DNA of 64,000 nucleotides, taken from a virus (lineage: Duplodnaviria; Caudoviricetes). Below the pieces are notes generated by a model. That model saw only the letters and a program-made list of their open reading frames with translations, ran no database searches and was not told where the DNA came from. Position numbers and translations under genes: made by a program. Of the stretch, positions 9,267 to 19,018 are shown piece by piece. Location: the IMG/VR virus record IMGVR_UViG_3300031414_000020, positions 7,961 to 71,960 of that record. The stretch is one strand, 5' to 3'. Position 1 is the first letter of the stretch. The number at the start of each line of letters is the position of its first letter.

Positions 9267-11275
9267 CAACAGCTGTTCTTCAGCCATCAGTAGGGATTGG
9301 CGATGCCTATCCAGCACGCGAACTCCTGAAGATGCCAACTGATGCGATCTGGGCTAAGTTCGATCAGCCTAAGTTCAAAATCAATGTGTTGTTCGATAAC
9401 GGTGTGGTGCAAACCACTGGACGTGAGTTGATACTCTCCCAGTATTTCTGGGAGTTTCATCGTCGCTATCCAAACACGCCTTTATTAAAGGAACATCTGA
9501 TGGACCCTAAGGTCCGTCTTAATAAAGGTACGTCGTTACAGTTAATCGGTGCTGCGTTCTGGTCGGTGTGGGACGAGTACTCAGGGACAGTGAGTCTTAA
9601 CGACTTACAGCTCTGTGCTTATCAAGTTACCAACCTGGTGTATAACGAGGTTGTCTATCGTTTACCGGCATACGTTACCAGTATCTCGGCAAAAGACTTC
9701 ATCGATGTAATGCGGCATCCTGAACTGGTTGACGCACTGTCCAAAGCAGTGCCCACACAGAACAGTATTGCAAACATCAGTCGCGTGGTTCAATCCATTC
9801 TGACACGTGAAGGTGAACTGATCGGCAATCGTCCTGCGGAGTCCGCTAAGTCTGGTCTGGTATCTGCCGGTCAGCAGAATCAGATCTTCGGTGGGCATCG
9901 CTTCGTAACTGACATCGACTCGAACGTATTCCCACACGCAATGATGACAGGTTATGCTCGTGGTATGCACCGCCTGCATGACTATGCCATCGAATCACGC
10001 TCTGCTTCTAAGGCTCTGTTCTTTGCAAAAGATCCGCTGGCTGAAGTAGAGTACCTGAACCGACAGCTTCAGTTGTTGGCACAGAGTCTGCGTCATCTAT
10101 TCAAAGGGGACTGTGGTAGTAATATCATGCTCCCTCTGACAATGACAACGTCTGCCGACCTGAAGACTTATCAGGGTAAGTATTACTACGTAGAAGATGA
10201 GAAGGGTGCGCCTCCACAACTGCACCGCATCACTACTGCGGACAAACATCTGCTGGGTCAGCGCGTTTACGTGCGTAGTCCATTAGGGTGTCGTTGCTTA
10301 CCACATCAGGGTGTGTGTCAGGCGTGTTTGGGAGAGATCTCGTTACAGATTCCGGATGGCGCTAACTTAGGTCACTTGTCTGTAATCGAACTCTGTTCTG
10401 GTGTATCTCAGAACGTGTTGTCTACTAAGCACTTGGATAACGGCGCATCTATTGAGCCGTTCTTTATCAGTGAAGGTGATCGTGCTTTCCTGGTGAACGG
10501 TGCGAAAGAAAGTCAGATTAACTTCAACCCTAATCTGAAAGGTAGAAACACCATACTGACCGTAAGTCAGGTAGATGCATTTAACCTGACTGAACTGAAC
10601 CACGTTAAAGATCTGACCTTACTGCCGATCACTCGTATTTCTGAGATTGAGTCAGTGACTCTGACCTTTGACGAACTGGGTACAGAAAACAGACTGTCGC
10701 TGGATGTCTCGGTAGCGGTAGGTTCTCGTAAGAGTTCCTTCACCACCGCTTTCCTGGCGTATATCAAACGCAAAGGCTGGACAGCAACAGAAGGACGTGG
10801 TTATGAAATTGACCTCAGTGAGTGGGACTTCAACAGGCCGGTGTTTGAGCTGCCGTTGAAGAATATCAACACACTGGAGTTCATGGCTGAAGTTGCGGAC
10901 ATCATTAAGTTCAAACGTCTGCGTCGCCGTCGTGATAAGCGTGCTAAAGAAATGGCGCGTTCTGAAGACGAACTGGCAGCGCTGGTAGTGGAGCTACACG
11001 ATACGGTCAACAAACGCTTTACGTTCAACATTGCTCACTGTGAATTGATTCTTGCAGTGTGTCTGGTGCGCGATGCTAAGTCCGGCGATTATCGTTTCCC
11101 ACATCCAGAAGAACCGCGTGAGTTTGCACCATTTAAAGAGCTGATGAACAACCGCAGTATGACCGTGGATTATGCATTTGAGAAACATGGTCAGACACTG
11201 TTGAACATCGATAGCTTCTTGAATCCTGAGCGTCCGTCGCATCCAATGGATCGTATTTATTTACCCGATCTGTAA
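9263..11275 (+). CDS. Non-virion RNA polymerase beta'-like subunit, C-terminal half (phiKZ gp74-like)
   Basis: GDCGS; Zn-binding RSPLGC...CQACLG; trigger-loop-like SQNVLSTKH; bridge-helix-like ESRSASKAL. Confidence 0.9.
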   Translation: MTTAVLQPSVGIGDAYPARELLKMPTDAIWAKFDQPKFKINVLFDNGVVQTTGRELILSQYFWEFHRRYPNTPLLKEHLMDPKVRLNKGTSLQLIGAAFWSVWDEYSGTVSLNDLQLCAYQVTNLVYNEVVYRLPAYVTSISAKDFIDVMRHPELVDALSKAVPTQNSIANISRVVQSILTREGELIGNRPAESAKSGLVSAGQQNQIFGGHRFVTDIDSNVFPHAMMTGYARGMHRLHDYAIESRSASKALFFAKDPLAEVEYLNRQLQLLAQSLRHLFKGDCGSNIMLPLTMTTSADLKTYQGKYYYVEDEKGAPPQLHRITTADKHLLGQRVYVRSPLGCRCLPHQGVCQACLGEISLQIPDGANLGHLSVIELCSGVSQNVLSTKHLDNGASIEPFFISEGDRAFLVNGAKESQINFNPNLKGRNTILTVSQVDAFNLTELNHVKDLTLLPITRISEIESVTLTFDELGTENRLSLDVSVAVGSRKSSFTTAFLAYIKRKGWTATEGRGYEIDLSEWDFNRPVFELPLKNINTLEFMAEVADIIKFKRLRRRRDKRAKEMARSEDELAALVVELHDTVNKRFTFNIAHCELILAVCLVRDAKSGDYRFPHPEEPREFAPFKELMNNRSMTVDYAFEKHGQTLLNIDSFLNPERPSHPMDRIYLPDL

Positions 11276-11290
11276 ATAGTATGTTTAACC

Positions 11291-11306
11291 GGGGACTCCG
11301 GTCCCC
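11291..11306. other. GC hairpin (GGGGAC-TCCG-GTCCCC)
   Basis: Near-identical to the hairpin at 57770-57785; lacks a T-run. Confidence 0.45.
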
Positions 11307-11329
11307 TAAACTACTATGGAGGCATTTAG

Positions 11330-12868
11330 ATGGCGTCTGTTAAATTGGAGGTCTACGGTCAGAGCGTAAAGATCATTCCACTTGACCCGTATGCTAAAGC
11401 CTGCGCGTTAGAGTTCTGTCGGAGTATGATTAAGTACAAGACAGAGCGTGTCGTTGACACATCACGCGGGTATCATGCTAAACTGGTGAAAGTGCCTGAT
11501 GTTACGTTTGCCGCTGCTCCTATCAGCCGTGAATTCTTCTGCGTCCATCGAGGCCAGCTAGAGGAGTTTAAGGGCTATCTGGTTCGTTGCGGTATTACAC
11601 CCAGTGAAATAGAAGTCGTCATGGTACCGGACTACGTCCCAACGAAGGCCAACCTTGTAATGAAATCATTCTGGGTTGACAAGCCGCACCAAACACCAAT
11701 CATCCAGTTTATAATGGAAGATGGTAAGTTGAAAATCCTCCCTGTTCAGACAGGTGGGGGCAAGACTTATATGGCGTTGAAGGCGGCATCGTTAATCGGT
11801 GAGCGCATGATGCTGATTACTCGTGGCGGGTATATCGACAAGTGGATTGAAGACGTTAAGAAGACGTACGATATCGACGAAGATCGAATATTGGTTGTCA
11901 AGGGTGAGAAAGCGTTAATGCGCGCAATCGATAAAGCCAAGTCGGGCGATTTCGATTATGACGTGCTGCTCGTTTCCACTGGGGGGATGAGTGATTACAT
12001 CAAGCACTATGAACTGTACCACGGCACGGATATGGGTGAGCATTACATGGACCCACGTGCTATCGGTATGCTGTTCGGTGTAGGTCTGCGTGTTGTCGAT
12101 GAGGCACACCAGATGTTACACGCCTACTTCCGTATCGATCTCTACAGTCACTTTAATAAGGTGCTGTTCCTGTCGGCTACCATACTGGCAAACGATGCGT
12201 TAGAGAAACGTGTGCATGAAATCATTTATCCGCATGAATGTCGCTATAATGGCGCTGAGTGGAAATGTTACATCACCGCAACTGCATTACGCTACAATCT
12301 GGAAGAACCGCACAAGGCACGATTCAAAGACCACAGGAAGAACTATTCGCATGTGATCTATGAACAGTACCTGATGCGCAACAAAGAGAAGCTGAAACAC
12401 TACCTTAACATGGTGGGGAATCTCACGAACGATTTCTTAAAGAATCGTAAGGAAGGTCAGAAGTATTTGATCTTTGCTTCCACTGTTGACATGTGTGACA
12501 TTATGGTGACTGATCTCAAGAAGCGTTGTCCTAACGTGATTGTAGGCCGGTACGTGGCAGAGGATAACCTTGAGGATATCTACGGCTACGATATCATCGT
12601 CACCACTCCGGGTTCAGGCGGTACGGGTATCGACATACCGGATCTTGCAAAGGCCCTCGCTACTTGCGCTGTAAGCTCTGCCAAACTAAATGTGCAGATG
12701 CTGGGCCGCTTGCGTGAGCTGAAGAACTATCCGGGTGAAGAACCTGAGTATCAGTACCTCGTGTGTTATGACATCCCTAAACAGGTGGAGTATCACAAGC
12801 AGAAGCTTGAACTGTTCAAAGAGAAGGTTAAATACCATCGTGAACAGAACACGGGTGCGTTAGTATAA
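11330..12868 (+). CDS. Superfamily 2 (DEAH) helicase (phiKZ gp75-like)
   Basis: Walker A QTGGGKT, DEAH, motif III SAT, motif V GTGIDIP, motif VI QMLGRLR. Confidence 0.9.
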   Translation: MASVKLEVYGQSVKIIPLDPYAKACALEFCRSMIKYKTERVVDTSRGYHAKLVKVPDVTFAAAPISREFFCVHRGQLEEFKGYLVRCGITPSEIEVVMVPDYVPTKANLVMKSFWVDKPHQTPIIQFIMEDGKLKILPVQTGGGKTYMALKAASLIGERMMLITRGGYIDKWIEDVKKTYDIDEDRILVVKGEKALMRAIDKAKSGDFDYDVLLVSTGGMSDYIKHYELYHGTDMGEHYMDPRAIGMLFGVGLRVVDEAHQMLHAYFRIDLYSHFNKVLFLSATILANDALEKRVHEIIYPHECRYNGAEWKCYITATALRYNLEEPHKARFKDHRKNYSHVIYEQYLMRNKEKLKHYLNMVGNLTNDFLKNRKEGQKYLIFASTVDMCDIMVTDLKKRCPNVIVGRYVAEDNLEDIYGYDIIVTTPGSGGTGIDIPDLAKALATCAVSSAKLNVQMLGRLRELKNYPGEEPEYQYLVCYDIPKQVEYHKQKLELFKEKVKYHREQNTGALV

Positions 12869-12872
12869 AGGG

Positions 12873-12910
12873 AGACTCCTGAGGCTTCGGTCTTAGGGGT
12901 CTTTTATGCC
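12873..12910 (+). terminator. Intrinsic terminator with UUCG loop
   Basis: AGACTCCTGAGGC-TTCG-GTCTTAGGGGTCT followed by TTTATGCC. Confidence 0.7.
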
Positions 12911-12931
12911 TCATTGTTAAAAGGAAACCAA

Positions 12932-13477
12932 ATGCCACAAATAACGATTGACGATTTAATTGCTGTGCTGGATGGGTCAGTGAAGTTGGGTACGGTACCA
13001 GCATCAATAAAACTGGAACTCATCGGTGAATTAGATCCGTTTAGTCCAGACCTTACAGCAAGCGAAAGATTGCTGGTTCTACGGGCCTGTAAGCAATCTA
13101 AACCGTTCTTCCTATGGATGCTTCGCCATTTGATTATAACTCCCCCAGCTGAGTCTAAGGACGTTCTGTGGGGTACTGCGAGTACGCTAGTTGGTACGCC
13201 CGGTCCGTTGGCTGTAATGTTGAACGAACTGCTGGCCAGAGCCTATCCTATCCTGCGTGGTAAATCACTGAACGTAACTTGCTGGCTGTTTGAATCGGGA
13301 CATCTGTGCTTGGTTGCTACTTACGGTGATAACGGCAGGACGTATAAGCACGTTACTAAGGTTTCTGCTGACACTTTAGAGCGAGTGGGTGCAAGGTTTA
13401 AACCGGCTGGTGTTCGTGCGCAACACATTGCAGGACTTTTTGATCGCGCTTGGGTGGGGTTCTTGTCGAATGATTAA
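12932..13477 (+). CDS. Hypothetical protein, paralog 1 of a tandem family
   Basis: AAGGA RBS before ATG 12932; WLFESGHLCL motif. Confidence 0.7.
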   Translation: MPQITIDDLIAVLDGSVKLGTVPASIKLELIGELDPFSPDLTASERLLVLRACKQSKPFFLWMLRHLIITPPAESKDVLWGTASTLVGTPGPLAVMLNELLARAYPILRGKSLNVTCWLFESGHLCLVATYGDNGRTYKHVTKVSADTLERVGARFKPAGVRAQHIAGLFDRAWVGFLSND

Positions 13478-13853
13478 AAGAAAGGTCTTACCACTGAAGG
13501 CCGTTAGCGCCAGTCGCGCTTGGGGGTCAGTGACTGAGGTTAAGATTGCCAACACTCGCTTCGGTGGCTCGGTAATCGCTACAATGTTAAAGCGTTATCC
13601 GGAGTTACGCGGGCACAGTGTAAGTCTGAAGGGTTGGTTGTTTGAATGTGGTACACTTGCTGTAATGGCAATACCACGCCAGAACAACGCCATGTGTTAT
13701 CGGTTGTTTGGGGAGAGTTCCGAAGAGCAGTTACGCAGCGCCGGTGCCTCCCTTAAAAGAACGGCAACTTCAGCTAGTGAGATTGCTGACCTTTTCTACT
13801 TAGAATATAAGGAACAAATAGATGAACAAAACGACTGCATCGAACAGTGCTGA
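13470..13853 (+). CDS. Hypothetical protein, paralog 2
   Basis: ATG 13470 overlaps the previous ORF end; WLFECGTLAV motif. Confidence 0.7.
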   Translation: MIKRKVLPLKAVSASRAWGSVTEVKIANTRFGGSVIATMLKRYPELRGHSVSLKGWLFECGTLAVMAIPRQNNAMCYRLFGESSEEQLRSAGASLKRTATSASEIADLFYLEYKEQIDEQNDCIEQC

Positions 13854-14373
13854 AAAATACCCACGCATCACCGATGAAGAAGCAGCAGAACTCTCCGGTG
13901 GTGTTGACCCATGGTCGAGTACGATTACAATGGCAGAGCGTGAGAAAATAAAGCAGCTTTGCGTGGATGTTCCTGGATACTTTTTCTGGTTAATAAAGAA
14001 GGGCGCTGAGAAAAAGCCAATCTACAACACGGCCTGGAAATTTCGAAAGCCTCAATTAAACCGATCGGTATCTGGTGGCGTTCAAAGTGTAGATATGACA
14101 GAAGGTAACTTCAATCAAGTATTGTTGGATTACCTTTACACTGACGATAAAAGTCTCGCTAAGTTTGGCCTTACGCTGCGAGCGTGGTTTTATGAAAGTG
14201 GACAGTTGGCTATTCTGGCCACACGAGACAATTCCGATAGTCCATCCATTAAGTTAGTGGTTGATACTATCCCAGCCGTAATAGAGCGCCACGGTGCTAA
14301 GCTGGTAAAGACTGACTTTGAACCCGCTGTGCTGGCTGCGCTCTTCGACTTGCAGTATAAGGAACAGGCATGA
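13822..14373 (+). CDS. Hypothetical protein, paralog 3
   Basis: AAGGA RBS; WFYESGQLAI motif. Confidence 0.7.
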   Translation: MNKTTASNSAEKYPRITDEEAAELSGGVDPWSSTITMAEREKIKQLCVDVPGYFFWLIKKGAEKKPIYNTAWKFRKPQLNRSVSGGVQSVDMTEGNFNQVLLDYLYTDDKSLAKFGLTLRAWFYESGQLAILATRDNSDSPSIKLVVDTIPAVIERHGAKLVKTDFEPAVLAALFDLQYKEQA

Positions 14374-14933
14374 ATCGTAAAGAATTAACTATCAATGAGA
14401 GTTACGAAATCTTTGACTCACACAAGCGTGAAATATTAGAAAGGGTTATGGCAGGCGAATCGGCCATATCGATCGAGCGACACTTCACTGGGTGTGAACT
14501 GGGTCGCGTAGTGCGTTGGTCAATCTCGCGCTTCAATATGAACCCAGTGTCTATTCGATCTCGTCTGAAAGCGGGTAAGCTCGCCATTGCGGAAGGTACT
14601 GCGTATTACTTCTCAGCTAGCACCGGCATTAAGCGTAAGATCGCCCACAAGTTAGATTGGGAGTTTGGCGGCAAGATCAAAGACTCTGAGTTGCCGTTAG
14701 GTGAATTCCAGTTCTGGATATTCTCCAACAATCTGATCTGCATCTCTAACGCCAGCATGCATTCAAACGGCGGCGGGGTTTACAAACGCATCTACAACGG
14801 CGAGTTTGATCTCGATAACTACCGGAAAATAATCGGCGATGAGATTGTTGGTGTGATAGATCCTTCGAACACCGCTATCAATATCCCGCCGCAGGAAGTT
14901 GCTGCGCAGTTTGGTCTCATCTGGTTTAACTAA
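14370..14933 (+). CDS. Hypothetical protein, probable divergent paralog 4
   Basis: ATGA overlap; FWIFSNNLICI and C-terminal EVAAQFGLIW. Confidence 0.65.
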   Translation: MNRKELTINESYEIFDSHKREILERVMAGESAISIERHFTGCELGRVVRWSISRFNMNPVSIRSRLKAGKLAIAEGTAYYFSASTGIKRKIAHKLDWEFGGKIKDSELPLGEFQFWIFSNNLICISNASMHSNGGGVYKRIYNGEFDLDNYRKIIGDEIVGVIDPSNTAINIPPQEVAAQFGLIWFN

Positions 14934-14960
14934 GCTGTGGTTCCGGATTAAGTAAATCTT

Positions 14961-14981
14961 CAAATATATACTACCCTATTG
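14961..14981 (+). promoter_or_regulatory. Putative phage early promoter motif (ATATATACTA)
   Basis: CAA-ATATATACTA-CCCTATTG. Confidence 0.5.
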
Positions 14982-14990
14982 ATTACGTAC

Positions 14991-15023
14991 AGTAGCCCTT
15001 AACTGGGCTACTTTCTTTTATGC
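14991..15023 (+). terminator. Terminator-like hairpin
   Basis: AGTAGCCC-TTAACT-GGGCTACT followed by TTCTTTTATGC. Confidence 0.55.
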
Positions 15024-15041
15024 TCTTAAGGAATAAAAAAC

Positions 15042-15527
15042 ATGTCTGACAAAATCGATCTGGCTAACTTTAAATCTTTCGAACTGTCCCCAATCAAAAT
15101 CGATTACGATAAATCAACCTTCGGTCGTAACGACGTGTCGGTCTGCTCTATTTTAGAGTCCCACGAGTGGGCTGTCTATGGTCGTAACGAAGATGGCACA
15201 GTTACCCACCTCTTTGACGGTAGCCAGAGCGCTGCTATGGGTATCTTACGGATCGGCAACCCTGACGCCGCCATCTACCTGAAAACTGACACGGATTGTG
15301 CTCAGATCACCAAACACCACGGCACAAAGTCGTTTGGTGTGCTTCCATGCCGCATTGGCGACAACGGCGTGCTGGAAGTACTCAACGGTGAATCCGGTGT
15401 CGAGAAATGGGGTCTGTTTGCATTCCACACTACTGGCGATAAATCTAAGTCTTACGTAGAGCTGGGTCGTTTCTCTAACAAAGACGCGGCGTACTTCGCA
15501 CTGTCTGCTATTATCTATAAGGCATAA
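15042..15527 (+). CDS. Hypothetical protein (161 aa)
   Basis: AAGGA RBS; ends GCA-TAA at a terminator. Confidence 0.7.
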   Translation: MSDKIDLANFKSFELSPIKIDYDKSTFGRNDVSVCSILESHEWAVYGRNEDGTVTHLFDGSQSAAMGILRIGNPDAAIYLKTDTDCAQITKHHGTKSFGVLPCRIGDNGVLEVLNGESGVEKWGLFAFHTTGDKSKSYVELGRFSNKDAAYFALSAIIYKA

Positions 15528-15581
15528 AAAGCCAGCCTCCTCTATCCTTCGGGATAGAGGAGTGCTAAGCTTATTTTTTTT
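15521..15581. terminator. Bidirectional terminator, convergent-junction family
   Basis: CTCCTCTATCC-TTCG-GGATAGAGGAG with A-rich and T-rich flanks. Confidence 0.7.
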
Positions 15582-15583
15582 GT

Positions 15584-15949
15584 CTATTTTCCGCCACGCA
15601 ATTCATTTTCGAGTCTACGTAGTTCGGCTTCGGTTGCACCCGCCGGAGCAGCTTGACCAATAGCACTCAGACGTATTAACTCTTCAGTGAACTCACGCGG
15701 TAGATTACAGAATTCGACCACGTTCAACCCAAAACGATCTTTGATGGGATGCTTCAAGTAGCGGGCAATGAGGTTATACAGTCCAGTCCCTTCGGTGTAC
15801 CGTTCACTCTCATGCATGCTGACGATACTCAATGGGTTAGCCGCAGCGGAACTATGGTTAAAGATACCATAACTCTGTTCATACGACTCATTGAGCACCA
15901 CGTCTACATCGACGCCCTTCAGTGGTTTCTCGAGACTAAATAAGAGCAT
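15584..15949 (-). CDS. Conserved hypothetical protein (phiKZ-like core)
   Basis: 121 aa, co-oriented with the upstream 544-aa gene. Confidence 0.65.
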   Translation of the reverse strand: MLLFSLEKPLKGVDVDVVLNESYEQSYGIFNHSSAAANPLSIVSMHESERYTEGTGLYNLIARYLKHPIKDRFGLNVVEFCNLPREFTEELIRLSAIGQAAPAGATEAELRRLENELRGGK

Positions 15950-16011
15950 ACCTACTTCAGTACGCTCTCGTTGTACATCTCGTCCAAAGCTAGGGTCAGC
16001 TACGTGCCACG

Positions 16012-17646
16012 CTAGATTGCGTTTTCTTCCCTCAGAGCCTGATCGATCTTGTGGCGCTGAAGGGTCAAAAAAACTTGCATCATGTCAATTGGGATAATGC
16101 GAGTCTTAGGACCATTGCCCTTCAACTGCATCTGCCCACACTTCGGACACGCGTAATTCACATAGCCAATAACACAAACTGTCGTGGCATCAATGAACGC
16201 ACCCACTGCTTTGATGAATGTTTTCTTAATATCATCAACGCTTGCGATCTGCACAGTACAGGCTTCAATGGAAGCACGGTCTTCGATGCGAGTAGTGATA
16301 CCCTTCTCGTCCGTAACTTCAATTGCCTTAACCCAGTGACTGTACTGACGCGGCGCAGTAGTACGCGCAACGTCACTGATGTAATCGCTGCGTTCTTTAC
16401 CAGTCAGGTTATTGCCGAACTGTGAGTCTGTAGCAGACACGATCGCTTCGATCCAGCTGTAGCCAGAGTTCTCATACAGCTCAATGGACGGAGAACCAAA
16501 CTCAATGGTCATCTGTTCGTTCAGCTTAGCGAACTTAGCGCCGACGTTCATACCGAAGTCAGACTGGTAGTCATCAACGGTAGCCTGGGTAGCGCGCGCA
16601 CTGCGCTGAGTCATGATCGCTTTCTGCTTTTCAGTCAGCATGGTACGATCAACCCATTGCAGCTTACCAATATCCAGCAGTGCTTCCACAATGTGGGTAC
16701 ACTTAGTGATGTCGGTCATGCATGGCTGACGATATGGATAACCGCCCGGATAGATTGCAGTTACCATACCCCAGATCAGCGTCGGCAGGTCTTGTACCTT
16801 CAGAAGCTTCTTAATAGTAGAAGGATCATCAGTAGGTGCAGTGGACGAATACAGGTGACTCAGGATGAAGTTAATCAGGTGGCCTGCGATATACACGGAG
16901 GTATTCGAGAACACCAGTCCCTTAGTCATACGACCCAGAGCTACCTTCTCCATCGCAATACGACGTTCCAGTTCGTACAGCTCTACATCGCCCGGCGCTT
17001 TAACGCTAACCCAGATACCGGAATGCCAGCATGGGATCTGAATGATAGCACCCATGCCAACTGCGCGAGTAACACGTGCCAATGCATCAGCGCCAACAAG
17101 ACGCTCGCCCGATTCAACCGGAAGGCGTTGACTACGACCCGCAAAACGAGTCTCACCGACTTTAATGCCCTGACCCCATTCACCACGAGCAGTAACAGAC
17201 TCTTCGAATGGAGGTCTGCCACTTGCGGTGCGGTGATAGTTGGAATAGGCGTCTTCTACCGTTTCAACCCATTCGGCTTGCGCGCGCGGGTCATCGATTC
17301 GTGCATCGTCAACCTGATCGCTCAGTAAGGCAACAGAACCTTCCAGTGTGCCATACAGCAGACTCAAGGGTGGAAGACCGCGCGTCTGTGAATTATTGGC
17401 GTTGGCTTTACGAGTGTCCGCAGGTTCAATCAGAGTTGACTTGACCTCAGGTTCAACGTAGGTAGGAGCGTCGTCCAGATTACCAAACTCTGGTTTGGCT
17501 TCACTCGGTACGTCGTAGTTCGGCGGCAGCGGAATATCATCCTCTGCCTCTTCCAGAGAAACCTGCGCATTAAGCGCAGGATCTACAATAGGAGTTTCGG
17601 CGTGATCGATCTTGGTCTGATCATCCGGTTGGTTTTGATCTTTCAT
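16012..17646 (-). CDS. Conserved protein, possible baseplate-hub assembly chaperone (phiKZ gp77-like)
   Basis: 544 aa; PCxxxxxxCxH and CPKCG Zn-knuckle-like motifs; synteny. Confidence 0.5.
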   Translation of the reverse strand: MKDQNQPDDQTKIDHAETPIVDPALNAQVSLEEAEDDIPLPPNYDVPSEAKPEFGNLDDAPTYVEPEVKSTLIEPADTRKANANNSQTRGLPPLSLLYGTLEGSVALLSDQVDDARIDDPRAQAEWVETVEDAYSNYHRTASGRPPFEESVTARGEWGQGIKVGETRFAGRSQRLPVESGERLVGADALARVTRAVGMGAIIQIPCWHSGIWVSVKAPGDVELYELERRIAMEKVALGRMTKGLVFSNTSVYIAGHLINFILSHLYSSTAPTDDPSTIKKLLKVQDLPTLIWGMVTAIYPGGYPYRQPCMTDITKCTHIVEALLDIGKLQWVDRTMLTEKQKAIMTQRSARATQATVDDYQSDFGMNVGAKFAKLNEQMTIEFGSPSIELYENSGYSWIEAIVSATDSQFGNNLTGKERSDYISDVARTTAPRQYSHWVKAIEVTDEKGITTRIEDRASIEACTVQIASVDDIKKTFIKAVGAFIDATTVCVIGYVNYACPKCGQMQLKGNGPKTRIIPIDMMQVFLTLQRHKIDQALREENAI

Positions 17647-18086
17647 GCACTACTCCCAGTTTCAGTTCCCATTGCGCTGCGGGCATCCTCAATGATACCA
17701 CACATGCTTTCCATGATCGGGGATACCCCACGACCAAAACGACTCAGCCAGGTTTCGTAACGTTGCCCAACGTTAAGAACGGCCATAATATTGCTGTGTC
17801 CCAGCGGGCCGTTACGTAAACCGAGGTCAGCGTCGCGAATGGTTTTCAACTCAGCGTGCATCTCTGGGAGTCGGGTAGAAAGGGTTTCTGCCTTGCCCAC
17901 TAAGGTAGGCAGATCAGCGACGTGCTTCATCAGAAGAGTATCACGAAGATCCACTCCTAATTGTGTGCAAGTTGCTATAAGTGAAAGGCAATGTCCGTGA
18001 AGCTGATCCAGTTCTGAGAACGTGGCTTTCTTATCAGCGTTAGACATCGTGGGTGAACCACCCTGGGTACTTCTGCGCTTACTCAT
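17643..18086 (-). CDS. Hypothetical protein (147 aa)
   Basis: Stop overlaps the ATG of the 544-aa gene. Confidence 0.65.
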   Translation of the reverse strand: MSKRRSTQGGSPTMSNADKKATFSELDQLHGHCLSLIATCTQLGVDLRDTLLMKHVADLPTLVGKAETLSTRLPEMHAELKTIRDADLGLRNGPLGHSNIMAVLNVGQRYETWLSRFGRGVSPIMESMCGIIEDARSAMGTETGSSA

Positions 18087-18160
18087 CTCGTTTCCTTTGT
18101 TATAGCAATTTTATCCATAACGTTTAATATCACGGTAAGAAAATACTTGAGGAGTCCCAG

Positions 18161-19018
18161 ATGTTTGACGAGCTTGACTACTTTTTAAGTCAGCACACGT
18201 CAGGTTACAGGAAGGCCATTATCTTAGAGGCACTTAAAATGTGCTTTGAGGTACAGGGCACCGCTGTAATCGACAAGGTGAACGACTTGCTGTTTAGTTC
18301 AAACGACCTGGCATCGGACGTAGCTGTCCAACAGTTCGCTGACTTTGCACGAGTCAACATTAATGCCTGTGCTGCTGAGTTCGGAGTTGTATTTAACCCT
18401 GACCTCATACTGGACGAGAACGTTCCAATCTTCACTGACGTAGTGGGCACCCTCTTAATCGCTGATCAATACGAAGATCCACATTGTTTGATTGCGTTGA
18501 TTGGAGATGCTGGCGACACAGAGGAAGCGTTGGCTGATGTCGTCGAAGAGATCACAGGACAGGCTGCTGACAATGTGCTTGATGTCATTGCTGCTGTCGA
18601 CCGTGACTTAATCCAGAAGATGTTAGAAGAGAACGCAGCACACGTTGCTTCTCTTGAATCCAAGAACGATGTTGAAGATGATGTAGCCGTCCGTCGTAGT
18701 ATCATCGACAGACTGAAGCACTCGGAACACTACAACCGCGAAGGATTCGTCGAACGTAATCTGGTCGTCACTGGTCTGTTCGGTCAAGATCCGTTCTTGA
18801 TCCTGGAGACACTCGCCCCCGAGATCTACGAGTACAAGGACATGGAACTGGCGACCATCTGTTATCAAATTGCCATTGCATCCAACGTGCTTTCTAACGC
18901 TGTCGTCGGCACAGCTAAAAACCTCGTAGAACGCATCCTAACGGAAGACCGTGCACCGGAAAGGCAGAAGATCGCATTCCAGTTGAATCGCTTCCCTGCG
19001 CCTTCTGTGGAGATCTAA
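18161..19018 (+). CDS. Conserved hypothetical protein (phiKZ gp79-like), acidic
   Basis: GAGGAG RBS; abuts the vRNAP subunit gene. Confidence 0.65.
   Translation: MFDELDYFLSQHTSGYRKAIILEALKMCFEVQGTAVIDKVNDLLFSSNDLASDVAVQQFADFARVNINACAAEFGVVFNPDLILDENVPIFTDVVGTLLIADQYEDPHCLIALIGDAGDTEEALADVVEEITGQAADNVLDVIAAVDRDLIQKMLEENAAHVASLESKNDVEDDVAVRRSIIDRLKHSEHYNREGFVERNLVVTGLFGQDPFLILETLAPEIYEYKDMELATICYQIAIASNVLSNAVVGTAKNLVERILTEDRAPERQKIAFQLNRFPAPSVEI

Noticed and set aside
16051-17328. Plus-strand ORFs of 124 aa and 223 aa
   Set aside because: Antisense shadows of the 544-aa minus-strand gene.
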